A DNA stretch of 64,000 bases from Heptranchias perlo. Taxonomy: Eukaryota. The translations under genes were made by a program, and so were the position numbers. The notes beneath the pieces are model-generated. The model saw nothing but the letters and a program-made list of their open reading frames with translations. It had not been told where the DNA came from and searched no databases. Shown in pieces: positions 50,684 to 63,740 of this stretch. Location: the NCBI RefSeq assembly GCF_035084215.1, contig NW_027138569.1, positions 310,001-374,000 on the forward strand, written 5' to 3'. Position 1 is the stretch's first letter, and each line of letters begins with the position of its first letter.

Positions 50684-51847
50684 GACTCATTATCGTTTTA
50701 TTTCTTAAATGCTCCTAACAACGCTTGCTGCGTTCCTTTAAGTTGATCACATATTTTTTCTCCAACCAAACCTTTTGAATTCTGTTCTTTTCATCACTCG
50801 CATTTTGTTCCATTTTGTTACCCAGTAACATTGATAACGTATCCCCTTTTTAACATGTTATTAGCTCAGACCTCTCTGTTTATTCACGCATCTCTTGGTT
50901 TGCAAAACTCAATTGTTTCCTATTGGAAGAATGTTTAAGTTGTACCTCACTCATGTCTTATTGAACCTTTACCAATCTGTGTTCACATTTATCTCCTGAA
51001 AATGCCACCGCAGAGTTTATAACCATTTATTTAATCTTATTTTGTTACAACCTCCCTGATTATCCCTGGAATCTCTGTCAGTGATGTGACTCATTCAGCC
51101 TTTACCCTGTTCTTTATCAATCCGGTATTTAGCCGGCCACACAGCTGGACCCGTTCAATTTGCTTTCATTCCAGCCGATTAAATGGGGCCAGTTCCACTA
51201 TCAAGCGGGAAACACACCGGCGGAGATTGGCTGGTTAAATTATCCTGTAACACCCAATGATCCCATCATTCTTTGCAAAGAAAGGGGGTTTTGAAGATAA
51301 TGATGCTTAACAGGAAATGACCCGCTTGATAGTGGAACTGGCCCCTTTTCATCGGCTGGAATGAAAGCAAATTGAACGGGTCCAGCTGTGGGTCCGGCTA
51401 AATACCAAATGGATAAAGAACAGGTTAAAGGCTGAATGGTTCACATCACTGACAGAGATTCCAGGAATAATCAGGGAGGTTGTGACAAAATAAGATTAAA
51501 TAAATGGTTATAAACTCTGCGGTGGCATTTTCAGGAGATAAATGTGAACACAGATTGGTAAAGGTTCAATAAGACATGAGTGAGGTGCAACTTAAACATT
51601 CTCCCAATATGAAACAATTGGGTTTTGCAAACCAAGAGATCCATGAATAAACAGAGAGGTCTGAGCTAATAACATGTTAAAAAGGGGATACGTTATCAAT
51701 GTTACTGGGTGACAAAAAGGAACAAAATGCGAGTTATGAAAAGAACATAATTCAAAAGGTTTGGTTGGAGACAAAAATATGTGATCAACTTAAAGGAACG
51801 CAGCAAGCGTTGTTAGGAGCATTTAAGAAATAAAACGATAATGAGTC
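50684..51847. repeat. Long inverted repeat (~526-bp arms, 111-bp spacer)
   Basis: Left arm 50684-51209 (GACTCATTATCG...ATCAAGCGGG) and right arm 51321-51847 (CCCGCTTGAT...CGATAATGAGTC) are reverse complements with scattered mismatches (~95% by eye). Confidence 0.93.
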
Positions 51848-51984
51848 TAAGGGAGGTTGTGCATACAGAGTAAAGCAACATCAGAGAGTTTATATAGGGA
51901 GGGGGAACTGGGACTCTCGCACAGGCGATATGTTGGCAGATCCTCTTTGAGCTCTCACGCAGGCGCAGAAGGTTAAGTGGTGAT

Positions 51985-52345
51985 TTGATTGTTTTGTTTT
52001 CGGATTTTGAAAGGAATTGATGCAGTAGATCGAGAGAAACATTTTTCGCTGCTGTAGGAATCTATGACAAGGGGGCATAACCTTAGAATCAGAGTCAGGT
52101 CATTCAGTAGAGAATTTAGGAAAGGGGTGGTCGAAGTGTGGAAATATCTCGCACTAAAATCAATAGTTATTCGCTTAATTAATAACTTTAAACCTGAGAT
52201 CGATAGATTTTAGCCACAAAGGATATTAAGGGTTATAGAGCCAAGGCGGGTAAATGGAGTTAGGATACAGATCAGCCCTGATCTCATTGAATGCTGGAAC
52301 AGGCTCGAGGGACTGAATGACCTCCTCCTGTTCCTATGTTCCTAT
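51985..52345 (+). mobile_element. CR1 LINE 3' end
   Basis: GATCTCATTGAATGCTGGAACAGGCTCGAGG...CCTGTTCCTATGTTCCTATGT tail. Confidence 0.8.
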
Positions 52346-52478
52346 GTATAGAACATGCGGTCTTTGTCACATATTTCCCAGTGTTGTGTTTGGGAAACGT
52401 CGGGAATCAGAGCCCGCCTGTTGGGATCCGCTAAACCAATCGAGGAGCACAGGATGGGATATGAGACGGAATACAGTT

Positions 52479-53410
52479 CTAATGCTGGGAATTCTGCCGC
52501 TCTTGTCCTCGTTTAACTAATTTAAATATTAATTTGAGAGGATATTTCACCCCATTCTTCAGCTCCTCTCTGAATTTATACTGGGTCACTGCATAAATAC
52601 ACGTGTTTGTGCAGCAGCTCAACAGCAGGAGCATGTAGCTGGTTTGATCTGCGATAAACATCGTGTCATTGAAACCTGTGGAATAATAACGGTTTGTAAT
52701 TCGCACTGATAGGAAAAATAAAATATACGTCATCCATAGCAGTATGAAATTGCCGGATATCGCAAACAGTAAGATGATGGATTTTCTTCGGTTCTCCATC
52801 TCCGGATCATTGTGATTCGCATCACTCTTGCTGGCCCGAAGCCTCCTGCGGACTCTACTGGCCGCCAAAATGTTTCCGACAGTAACAGAATTGAGCAGCA
52901 ATATCAGGAATATTGGGAGCAGTGGAGTCAAACAGCGGTGAATCCATGTAAATGCTACCCATGCAGCTGAAGGATAAAAGTCTGGTTTTACACGATAGCC
53001 CCAAGCTACGTTGTCCAATGTAATGGAGGGTTCAAATGCAAAGTACCAGGGGATGTTTTTTAAACAGAACAGCGGACACAACGTTCCTATAACCGCGGCT
53101 GCAGTTTTCTCGGTGCAATATTTCGTCCTCAGCTTCTGGCAACAAATGGTTATAAAACGATCAAAAGTGAAAGCGACTGTTAACCAGACAGAGATGTCTG
53201 AGACAGCATGGTTAAGGGTAATTTGGAAAGAGCACACTGGGGTGAGGAACAGGAAGCTAGTCGGGAAATATAACTCCTTGATCCGAAACAGTACCACGTC
53301 ATTGATAATGACCAATAGATCCGCCGCTGCCATGGCCACCAGGTAGCGAGTGACACATTTCGAGAGACCGCACTTTCCCCGAGACAGGATTACAATCGTC
53401 ATCACGTTAG
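52479..53410 (-). CDS. Class A GPCR, GPR139/GPR142-like (shark-expanded family), main coding exon (end of TM1 to TM7); possibly decaying
   Basis: - strand acceptor ccttttacAG then (A)NVMTIVILSRGKCGLSKCVTRYLVAMAAADLLVII...TPVCS...SVWLTVAFTFDRF...CLKNIPWYF...PLLPIFLILLLNSVTV...DPEMENRRKSIILLFAISGNFILLW...LLSCCTNTCIYAVTQYKFREELK. DRF and NTCIY motif variants; the first exon is not clearly intact. Confidence 0.88.
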
Positions 53411-54365
53411 CTGTAAAAGGGAAAGAAACAAAAACAGTGAATCACGCATCAGGTTACAGCAAAGGAGTGAGTTCCACAGTATTTTGTGTGAAACATACAG
53501 CTTATGAGAGTATATGAGTTTGCTGATTAAATAATGACAAATAAATATTCCGAGTAAAGAGGAAGAAATGAATCAAAGACATTCTCTGAGAATTTACTCG
53601 GAACTGCTCCCGCTCTGACGCCGTAACTTCGCCAGAGGAGCAATGTAAAGCCAGCGCAGCACCCAGGAAGTTTATGGCCATTGATTAAAATCAGCAAAAA
53701 CAAAGCGAGGTCATATGTTATTAATGATTACAATGAGCAGTAATTCGGAAGATCAAATCACATAATGGAAAGAAAACGTAAACATATATTTTGCTGATAA
53801 GTAATAAATAGTGAACTATAAATTGGGAGATAATTGATCAGTGCGGAGCAATGAAAATGAAGCCAGCCCGAAATGAGGTCAATACAAAATGGGGACCATT
53901 AAGGGTGAGCTCAACTGTCTGGGTTTGGATCCGTGAGCAGGAGGAGTGAGTGGACCAGGTGGTGATAGGAAATGGTCGGAGTTGTCAGATTTTATTCTCA
54001 AAGGTTGTGAAAAAAATTGCAGCATAATTCTGCTGTCAAACACCACCATACAAGGGGACTTGTTAAGTTTGAACTCGACCAAGATGCGGCACTTTCGTTT
54101 TTCAAACCCCCAGGTGAACCGGTCACATGGTCAACAGACTTTCCCTCACTGCAAAACCCATGTCTTCTCAAAGGCAACTTCAACAGGCCAACACCATCTG
54201 GGGAAACTCCAACAATGACCACAAGGGGCAAAAGGTGAGAAATGAGCAGCAACAGACAACTTTATCTTGCTCTATTGTCCCAAAAATCAAATGTACCTTC
54301 CAAATTACAGGATGCAACAAGGGGCACAATCCCGCCCTCAGGTGGAGGTGATGGCAGCGATCCCG

Positions 54366-54533
54366 AGATCGCAGAATAGACCAGAGCAAGTGAAAATAGA
54401 GACTGCAGTTCAACCCGCTGGTCCCCGGATCACAGTATAGACCAGTGCAAGTGAATATGGAGACTGCAGTTCACTCGGACCATCAGATCGCAGCATAGAC
54501 CAGTGCAAGAGATAATAGAGGCTGCAGTTCAAC
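54366..54533. repeat. ~60-bp tandem repeat, 3 diverged copies
   Basis: GATCGCAGCATAGACCAGTGCAAGTGAA.AT.GAGACTGCAGTTCA repeated. Confidence 0.8.
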
Positions 54534-54659
54534 CAAGGGAAACAAAGTACCTGCCGAGATTCAGCTTCAGAAAGCCTCGCTGGGAACGTCATACTGATTT
54601 GAATGCATCTGTAACATCACTCCGACAAATGAGCGTTATGAAGAATTTGTCTCCATGGC

Positions 54660-56970
54660 CTAGTTGAGGAAATTGCAGCTGCGTTAATAAATAGTCTTCT
54701 AAAATCTCATGATTCTGGAATTGTGTCGTTGGATTGGAAAATTACAATAAACTCTCCATTATTTAATAAGGGCAGGAGAGAGAAATCATGTAGCAAAATG
54801 CCTGTCGGTCTAAAGTCCGTTGTGGGAAAATTACTGGACTCTGTTATTAGGGACAGAGTGACTGAGCACTTCGGCAAATATGAGCCACTTGCTAGTGAAG
54901 AGAGACTGAGGGTAATTAGGCACCAACGCGTGGCGAGGGCTCTGATGCAGCGACTCAGGATTTCGGTTCCTCAAACAGTGGTACTCCTTTTGCAACAGGG
55001 GGAGCTTTTACAAATCGTATGGCCTCCACCTGTTCAACGGGGTTGGGGGGTGGTTGGGGCTGGAGGTAAGAGAGCTGGAATGATGGGGTAAGGTTCAAAC
55101 TAGATGCGGGAGTGTTTGCAGTAATTGAAAGAAAATATCCCTCCCGATTGGAGCAAACTTCTAGGTTTACCAGTGAAAACACAAATCAAAGTTCAATGAC
55201 CAATTCCAGTAGTCGGAGGTAAACACAGTTAAACTGTTGATAAACTAACGGGAAAGCTAAAAATATAGAAAAAGCTAAAAAAGCTGAGCTTGTGTTGATG
55301 GAAGAACTCTGATAAATAAGATGTGTGACCTGAAAGGTATTGCTGCGGTTGGTAGATTGGACATGAATAGCTTTGCAGAGACAGGATGGAAAGATTCCAA
55401 TCAATGGAATACATAACTGGTAGGTTATAAACTGTTTAGAGTAGACCGTGTCAGGAGAGAGTGAGAAGGTGTTGCAATATATATAAACTCCAGGATTGAA
55501 GCACAAGTCAGAGAGGATATATAAAAGGAAAGGGCGGACACAGACTCACTTTGGGTAGATTTAATAGATGGTCACATAGATAAACTGTTACTGGGGTCAT
55601 ACCACAGAGCACCATATCGGGGTGAAAGCCATGATCCAAAACTATGGGATGAGATAAGGATGGCAACTGGTGAGGGGCCAACTATAGTAAGTGGAGATTT
55701 CAACTTGCCTCAAATTGACTGAGACCATAATGTGTCGTGTTGATTCCCCCAACAGAAGAAATATTTTTTTTCTGTAACTACCCTGTCGAATTATTTTAAC
55801 ATGCTAAATGCCTCAAGCGGATCACACTCAATCTTCTATATTGAAGGGAACACAGGCCAAGTTTATGCAACCTGTCCTCGAAATTTAAATCTCTAAGCCC
55901 CGGAGTCATTCCAGTGAATATACGTTGTTTCCCCTCCAAGTCCATTATATCATTCCTGAGGAAGAGTGCCCAAAACTGAACACATACTTCCCCCCACCCT
56001 TTGTAATCCAGCCCGCTTGAGATGAAGACGAACAATCCATTAGCCTTCTTGATTGTTTTTTCACCTGTCCACTCGCTTTCAAAGATCTGTGTACTTGATC
56101 TCCCGAATCTAATTGCTCGTCTCCACATTTCCTCTTTGCTCACCATTCAGAATCTCCTTCGATTTATCTTTCTTAGGTCTAAAGTGGATATCCTCACTCT
56201 TGACCACATTAAACTCCATGTGCCATAATGTTGCAGCGCGTTTACGGCCGAAGAGCCTTCTCTGCTCAACCTCCAAGTTCTTTGAGCGGATTGTCGGTAG
56301 GATAGCGTCACCTGATGGAAGAGTAGCGAACGGATCACCAAGCCAATTAACTCTCAGAACGTTCGTGCGGTGGACAAGGTGAAACCCTAACTCAATCCAA
56401 CCAAGATGGCTTTATAATGTGCACAATTACAGAGTTGCAGTTGTTGAACTTTCGGTGGCATATTAAACGGAATGGATTGTCCCAGGTCTGAGTGCGAGCA
56501 CTCCATAACATTTCATGTGTACACAAATGACCACCTGGATTGCCTGAGGTGCAAAGATTGATTGATGTGGATGAAAGATTCAGTGCAGCCTAACTGAGTC
56601 CTCTCCACTTAACAACTTGAGCAGTTTTTAATGATTTAGTAAACCAGGGATAAATCCAACAACTGCAGCCCAGTCAGGCTAACGTCGGTGGGGAGAATTT
56701 AAGAAACAATAATTCGGGGAAAGAATGATTGGCACAAGGAAAATAGGGGTTAATAAATGACAGCCGGCACGGATTTGTTCAATAAAAATCGTGTTTTACT
56801 AACTTGGTTGAGTTCTTTGATTAAGTAACGGAGAGGGGTGATGAAGGTCGTGCGGTTGATGTTGTGTTTGGAATTTCAAAAGTTGTTGAATAAAGTATCA
56901 CATAATAGACTTCTTAACAAAATGGAAGACCACGGGGTTCAAAGGGTGGTAGATACGAAATTGGCTAAGT
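54660..56970. mobile_element. Mosaic of old CR1 fragments on both strands
   Basis: PLFNKG.RE, VVGKLLDS.I.D, - strand KKANG..CVQFWA, KVSHNRLL.K remnants. Confidence 0.6.
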
Positions 56971-57179
56971 GTCTCACGGTTCACTGCTGGTCCAATGTCC
57001 CGAATATTAACGTTTTAATGTGTTTTATAACTGACTGCACAATTCTAATCATTTGCGGCCATAGGCCATAACTGTTTTTTGTGCACGAATGCAGCTCGGA
57101 ATATATTACATCACCACACTGGTTTCACCAAATCCTTGAGAACCAATCGTGTTAACAGCGACCTACCTACTACAAAGTT

Positions 57180-60100
57180 AGAACATAAGAACGTAAGAAA
57201 TAGGCGCACGAGTAGGCCTTGCAGCCCCTTGAGCCTGCTCCACTATTCAATAAGATCATGGCTAATCTTCGACCTAAACTCCATTTTCCTGCCCCATCCC
57301 CATATCCTTTGATTCCCCGGGAATCCAGAAATCTATCGATCTCAGCCTTGAATATATTCCACGAGGCAGCTTCCACAGCCCTCTGGGGTAGAGAATTCCA
57401 AAGATTCACAACCCTCTGAGTGAAGAAATTCCTCCCCAACTCTGTCCTAAATTATATTTAAGACAATGCCCCATAGTTCTCGGCTCTCCAGCGAGGGGAA
57501 ACAACCTCCCAGCATCTACCCTGTCAAGCGCCCTGAGAATCTTATCTGTTTCAATTAGATCAGCATTCAACCCAATCTCTCCTAAGAGGACAGCCCTCTC
57601 ATCCCAGGAATCAATCTAGTGAACCTTTTTGGCACCGCCTCTAAGGCAAGTGTTTCCTTCCTTCGATAAGGAGACCAAAACTGTACACATTGCTCCAGTT
57701 GAGGTCTCACTAAAGCCCTGTACAATTGTAGTAAGACTTCCTTCGCCTTTTACTCCAACCACCTTGCATTAAAGGCCAACATGCAATTTTCCTTCCAAAT
57801 TGCTTGCTGTACCAACATGCTAACTTTTTTTGCGTTTCATGTACGAGGACACACAAATCTCTCTGAATACCAACATTTAATAAATTCTCATCATTTAAAA
57901 ACTATTCTATGTTAGCAAAGTAAGTAACTTCACATTTTCCGTCATTATACTCCATCTGCCACCTTTTGGCCCACTTACTAAACCTGCATATATCCCTTTG
58001 CAGACTCTTTGAGTCCTCCTCACAGCTTACTTTCCGACCTAGTTTTGCATGATCAGCAAACTTGGATACATTACGCTCGTTCCCTTCTTCTAAGTTACGA
58101 ATATAGATTGTAAACAGCTGAGGCCCAAGCACAGATCCTTGCAGCACCCCGCTAGTGACAGACTGCCAACCTGAAAATGACCCGTTTATCCCTACTCTCT
58201 GCTTTCTGTCTGTGAACCAATCCTCTCTCCATGCTAATATATTACCCCCAACCCATGAGCCCTTATCTTGTGTAACAACTTTTGAGATGGAACCTTATCG
58301 AATGCCTTTTGAAAATCCAAATATACTACTTCCATTGTTCGCCCTCTATCTGCCCTGCTAGTTACATCCTGAAAAAAACTCAAATATTTTTATTCAAATA
58401 CAATTTCACTTTCATAAAACCGTATTGACTCTGCCTAATAATATTATGACTTTCGAAGTGCCCTGTTGCCACTTCCTTAATAATGGAATCCAGCATTTTC
58501 CCGACGATTGATGTCAGGCTCACTGGTCTGAAGTTCCTTGTTTTCTCTCTCCCTCCTTTCTTGAATAGCGGGGATACATTTGCAGCCTTCCAATCCGTTG
58601 GGATCGTTCTAGAATCTGGGGACTTTTTGAAGATGGCAACCAATGCACCCACTATCTCTGAAGCTACCTCTTGTAGAACGCTGGAATGTACGCCATCAGG
58701 TCGAGGGAATTTATTGGCTTTTGATCCCATTCGTTTCTCCGGTACATTTTCTCTACTGATGTTAATTACCTTAAGTTCCTCATTCTCATTAGACACTTGG
58801 TTCCCCACTATTCTTGGTATGTTGTGTGTCTTCTATTGTGAAGGCAGATAGAAAATATTTGTTTATCGCCTCTGCCATTTCCTTATTCCCAATTATATAT
58901 TTTTTTCTGTCTCAGCCTCTAATGGGACCAATGTTTACTTTTGCAACTCTCTATCATTTTAGACACTTGTAGAAGCTTTCATATTTTTTGCTACTTTAAT
59001 TTCATATCCTATTTTCTCCGTTTATATCATTTATTTGGTTTCTGAAACTTTCCCAATCCTCAGGCTTACTCCTCTTCTTGGCACTATTACCTGTCTATTA
59101 TTTTAATTTAATACTATCCTGATCTTCTTTAGTTAGCCACAGATAAATCACTTTTCCCGTGGAGTTTTGATTTCTCAGTGGAAAGTACATTCGTTGATAA
59201 TGTTTAAATACTTCTTTCAATGTTTGCCATTGTTTATCTACCGTCATTCCCTTTAATCTAATTTCCCAGTCGACCTTTGCCAACTCGCCCCCATAGCCAT
59301 GTAATTGGCTTTATTTAAGTTTAATACTCTAGTTTCTGACTAAAGTACGTCAATCTGAACTCAATGTGAAATTCTTGCATATTTTCATCACTCATCATCT
59401 GGGGATCCTTTGCTGTGAGATTACTAATTAATCCTGTCTCATTACACAGTATAAGGTCGAAAATAGCCTGTTACCTGGTTGGTTCCAAGACGGATTGTTC
59501 TAGGAAACTCACTCGAATGCATTCCATGAACTCGTCCTCCAGACTACCTTTGCCAATTTGATTTGTCGAGTTTATATTTAGATTAAAGTCCCCCAAGATT
59601 ATTGCATTATCGTTGCGACAAGCACGTATTATATCTTTAAAAATACTTTGTCCAACGGTATAGCTACTATGAGGAGGCCTACAAACTACTCTCATCAGTG
59701 TTTTCAGCTCGTTGTTCGTTCTTATTTCTACCCGGACTGATTCTATTTCCTGTTCTTCTGAGCCACGATCCTTTCTCTCCAGTGTCCTTATGGCATCCTT
59801 TATCATCAGGGCTGCATCCCTTCATTTTCAACGCTGCCTGTCTTTTTGGAACGTCAAGTTCCCTGGGATATTTAATTGCCAATCTTAGTCACCTTGCAAC
59901 GATGCCTCTCTAATGGCAATTAGGTCAAAGCCATTTATCTCCATTTATCATTTTCTCTGCTTTGACCTTATTTGCTGATGCACTATTAGCGTTAAACTCT
60001 CTGTCCTTTCCTTCCACACTCTGTTCATCTTTACCCAAATCACTACACTGCTGTGTTGCCTTGACTTTCATTACATTTCCAAATTTCCCCTCACCTGACC

Positions 60101-61030
60101 CCTCCTTTTTAGTTTAAAGCCTTATCAAAAGCCCTAGTTATTGAACTCACCAGGACACTTGTCCCAGCCCGGTTTAAGTGGAGACCGTCCAGATGGAACA
60201 TCTCACTCTTTCCCCAGTACTGGTGCCAGTATCCCATGAATCGAAACCCCTGTGTCCCACACCAATCTTTGAGCCACGCATTTAAGTCTTTGATCTGTTT
60301 GTCCCTATGTCAATTTGCGCGTGGCTCAGGTAGTAATGCAGGGATTATTACCCTTGAGATTCTGCTTGTTAATTGAGACCCGAGCTCCTCAAACTGTTTC
60401 AGCAGAGCCTCCTTCTTAGTTCAACCTATGTCGTTGGTTCCGACATGTTCCCCGATTACTGAATCCACCCCCACATGCCCCAAGTTCTTCTCCAGCCGAG
60501 AGCAGATATCCTTAACCTTGGCACAGGGCAGGCAACACAGCGTACGGGAATCTCGGTTGCGGCTGCAGAGAACAGTGTCTATCCCCTTGAATAAAGTATC
60601 CCCGACCACTACCATATTTCCTTTTACTCTCCCGACTCCTCCTGTACTACAGTAATGTGGTCAGTTTGCACATCCTCCTTGCAGTCTTTGCTCTCATCCA
60701 TACAGGTTGCAAGAACCTCGTACTTGTTAGATGAGCTCAAGGGCTGTGGCTCGTCATTCACTAGATCCTGGGTCCCCATACCCGCCTGGCTCGCAGTCAC
60801 ACCTTCCTGTCCCTGAATACTGGATGAATCTAAACTATTACCTAATCTAAGGGGTGTGAGTGCCTCCTGGATCAAATTGTCCAGTTAACACCCATCCCTG
60901 ATACATTGCAGTGTCTGCAGCTCGGACTCCAGCTCAACATCTCCAAGCCGAAGTTCCTTGAACTGTAGACACTTACCATAGATGTGATTGCCTGGGATCT
61001 CTCTGGTCTCCACAAACTCCCACATGATGC
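57180..61030 (-). mobile_element. Near full-length decayed CR1 LINE (ORF1 zinc finger/esterase, ORF2 endonuclease-RT, 3' tail) with internal deletions
   Basis: - strand VVVGD..KGID.VLC..RDSR.LCCLP.AKVKDI...HVGTNDIG (SGNH esterase ORF1), ILGDFNL (APE endonuclease), [45 protein letters not shown]. Confidence 0.9.
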
Positions 61031-61704
61031 TGTTCATTTATTTACTAGAAATACAGTGCAATACAACACTTGTAAGTTACCCTCTATCAGTGTTAATCTG
61101 GGACTTCGATGTCTGTCGGCAGATACCTACTTCCGTTTGGCAGCATACCTTCCACTATAACTGAATGTGAATTCAAAACATTTCACTTTGCATTGAACTA
61201 CAGTTACTATCTGTTACACTTTAAGGCGAGGGAGAGAAATAACCAGAGACAGTCAGCTGGAGAACATTGGCCAGAAGCCCCTTCGCTGCCACAGATTAAC
61301 TGGAACCACTTCATAAACTAACAACATCCCACTGGGTGAATGCTGCTCATATTCTCACTTAGAACCTGATCACCTTGAAAAATTCAAAGCATAAAATAAC
61401 AGGATATTTAGTTGGAGATTAAAAGAGCAATATTATATCAATAAACACATCGAACAAGGCAGATGGAGGAAAGGGAAGTCGTGATATTCACTGAATTTCT
61501 GACACTCGACCGAAATCAGCAAAAGAATCACTTCAGGACAAATAGAGCAAGTTACCAGATACGCAAGAGCAGCAGTGATACAGTGAGACCTGGATGTATA
61601 CAAACAGGAACCGGTCACAATGATTCACTGGAAACTCTAAGGTCTGCAAGATTAACACAGGAAATAATTTGTACCTGTAGAGGTTTCAGTTACTCTGGAA
61701 ATGG

Positions 61705-63172
61705 ACATACGAACATACGAATTAAGAGCAGGAGTAGGCCATTCTGCCCTTCGAGCCTGCTCTTTCATTTGATAAGATCGTGGCTGATCTGATTATGACC
61801 TCCATCCTACTTTGCCGTCTACCTACTATAACCTTTGACTCTCTTGTTAATCAGGAATTTATCTAACTCAACCTTAAAAGTATTCAATAACTCTGCCTCC
61901 AACACTCTCCGGGGAAGGGAGTTCCACAGACTCACGACCCTCTGAGAGAAACAAATTCTCCTCATCTCCGTCTTAAATGGGAGACCCCTTATTTTTAAAC
62001 TGTGGCCCCGAGTTCTATTCTCTCCCTCAAAGGGAAACGTCCTCTCAGCATCTACCCCTTCAAGTCCCCTCTGGATGCTATATGTTTAAAAAGATCACCT
62101 CTCATTCTTCTAAACTTCAATGATTACAGACCCAACTTGTCCAATCTTCCCTCATAAGATAGCCCCCACATTCCTGGAATCAGTCGAGTGAACCTTCTCT
62201 GAAACGCCTCTTAAGCAATTATGTCCTTTCTTATGTCCTTAAGGAGACCAAAACTGCACACAGTATCCTAGTTGTGGTATCACCACTGCCATCTACAACT
62301 ATAGCAAAATATCTCTACTTTTATATTCCATTCCCCTTGCAATAAATGATAACATTCAATCTGCCTTCTTAATCACTTGCTGTACCTGCATCCTAACTTG
62401 CTGTGTACTGGGACACCCAGATCCCTCTGCATTTCAGAGTTCTGCAATCTCTCTCGATTTAAATAATATACTGCTTTGCTATTCTTGCTGCCAAAGGACA
62501 TAGGAACAGGAGTAGGTCATTCAGCCCTTTGAGTCTGTTCCGCCATTGAATTGGATCAGGGCAGACTTGTACCCGATCTCCATTTTTTTATTCGTTCACG
62601 TGATGTGGGCGTCGCTGGCAAGGCCAGCATTTATTGCCCATCCCTAATTGCCCTTGACAAGGTGGTGGTGAGCCGCCTTCTTGAACCGCTCCAGTCCGTG
62701 TGGTGCCCTGACCCAACACTAATCTATGGATCTCAGTGATCATTTCCAGATTTCCGGAATCCTTCCTGTGAAAAAGTGTTTCCTTATTTCACTCAAAAAT
62801 GGCCGAGCTCCAATGTTAAATTTAATCTCTTCTTCTGGACCCCACCGTAGTAAATTGTTTCTCTGCATCTACCTGATTGAATCCCTTTATCATTTTAAAT
62901 ACTTAGATTAGATCATCCTTCAACCATCTAAACTCACGGGAATACAATCACGCTGATGCGACCCGGCTTCATAATTGAACCCTTTAAGCCCCGGTATCAT
63001 TTTGGTGAATCTGTGCTGCATCCCCTCCAATGCCAATATATCATCCTGAGATTCTGTGCCCAAATCTAAAAACAGTACTCCAGATAGTGTCTGACCAAGG
63101 ATCTTACAACTGAAGTATAATTTCCACACTTTTCAATTAAACCTCCTTGCGATAAAAGCCAACATTCCGTTA
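61705..63172 (-). mobile_element. Two CR1 3' fragments with a nested antisense LINE tail (62583-62706)
   Basis: CATACGAACATACGAATTAAGAGCAGGAGTAGGCC and CATAGGAACAGGAGTAGGTC antisense tails; TTTTTTATTCGTTCA..GATGTGGGCGTCGCTGGCAAGGCCAGC also occurs at 32975. Confidence 0.8.
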
Positions 63173-63672
63173 ACATCGATCATCGAGATCCCTATTCTCT
63201 GTCTCCTTCCTCACAACAAATTACCGACTCAGTTCACAAGTTTAACTCCAATTCTGGGCACTCGCTTGTGCGAAAACTGATCAAGAACACGGAAATAATT
63301 GACATTCTAACACAACTTGAAAATATCTTGGGGAGGGGGGTGGTGGGTTGGGGGGTGGTTGGTTACATGACATTTCACCCTGAACTGAAGATATTCTCAG
63401 TTAAAATTACATCAGCTGACAGCACCTTCAATGAAGATAACCGTTTGAAGCTTTTACTAGACATTACAATGACATTATGATCTCAATGAACATATCACAC
63501 AAGGAAGGTGGAGGAAAACACAGATTTGATACTCAATGAAATTTTGATATTGAGAGAGAAACAGAAACACAAATGCTTCAGAAAAAAAGAGCAATTTATC
63601 GGACACATGAGAAGATCAGTGATACAGTTAAACTCTGATTCACAAAATAAGTAATTGTTTGGAATCAGTTAT

Positions 63673-63740
63673 CGGGAACACCAAACACCACCTGGAGAAC
63701 TGGAACACGGCGAACGGATATACAATCAATTGAACTTCAT
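63673..63740 (-). pseudogene. Possible degenerate first exon of the GPCR
   Basis: - strand reads ATG-AAGTT...EVQLIVYP in one frame and ...VLQVVFGVP-G in another, followed by ATAACT instead of GTAACT. Resembles the family exon 1 (..IYYP.LA..GVP|G) but is frameshifted with a broken donor. Confidence 0.35.

Noticed and set aside
53598-53681. GPCR exon 1 (ATG...GTAAAT donor on the - strand)
   Set aside because: The ATG frame reaches the donor in phase 0 whereas the coding exon needs phase 1, and the peptide does not resemble TM1 of the family.
61200-63440. Degenerate Ig/TCR V exons on the - strand (GDQVLSE..WFQ; VLSADVILTE)
   Set aside because: Cys/Trp spacing is wrong, stops are present, and no YYC motif or RSS follows.
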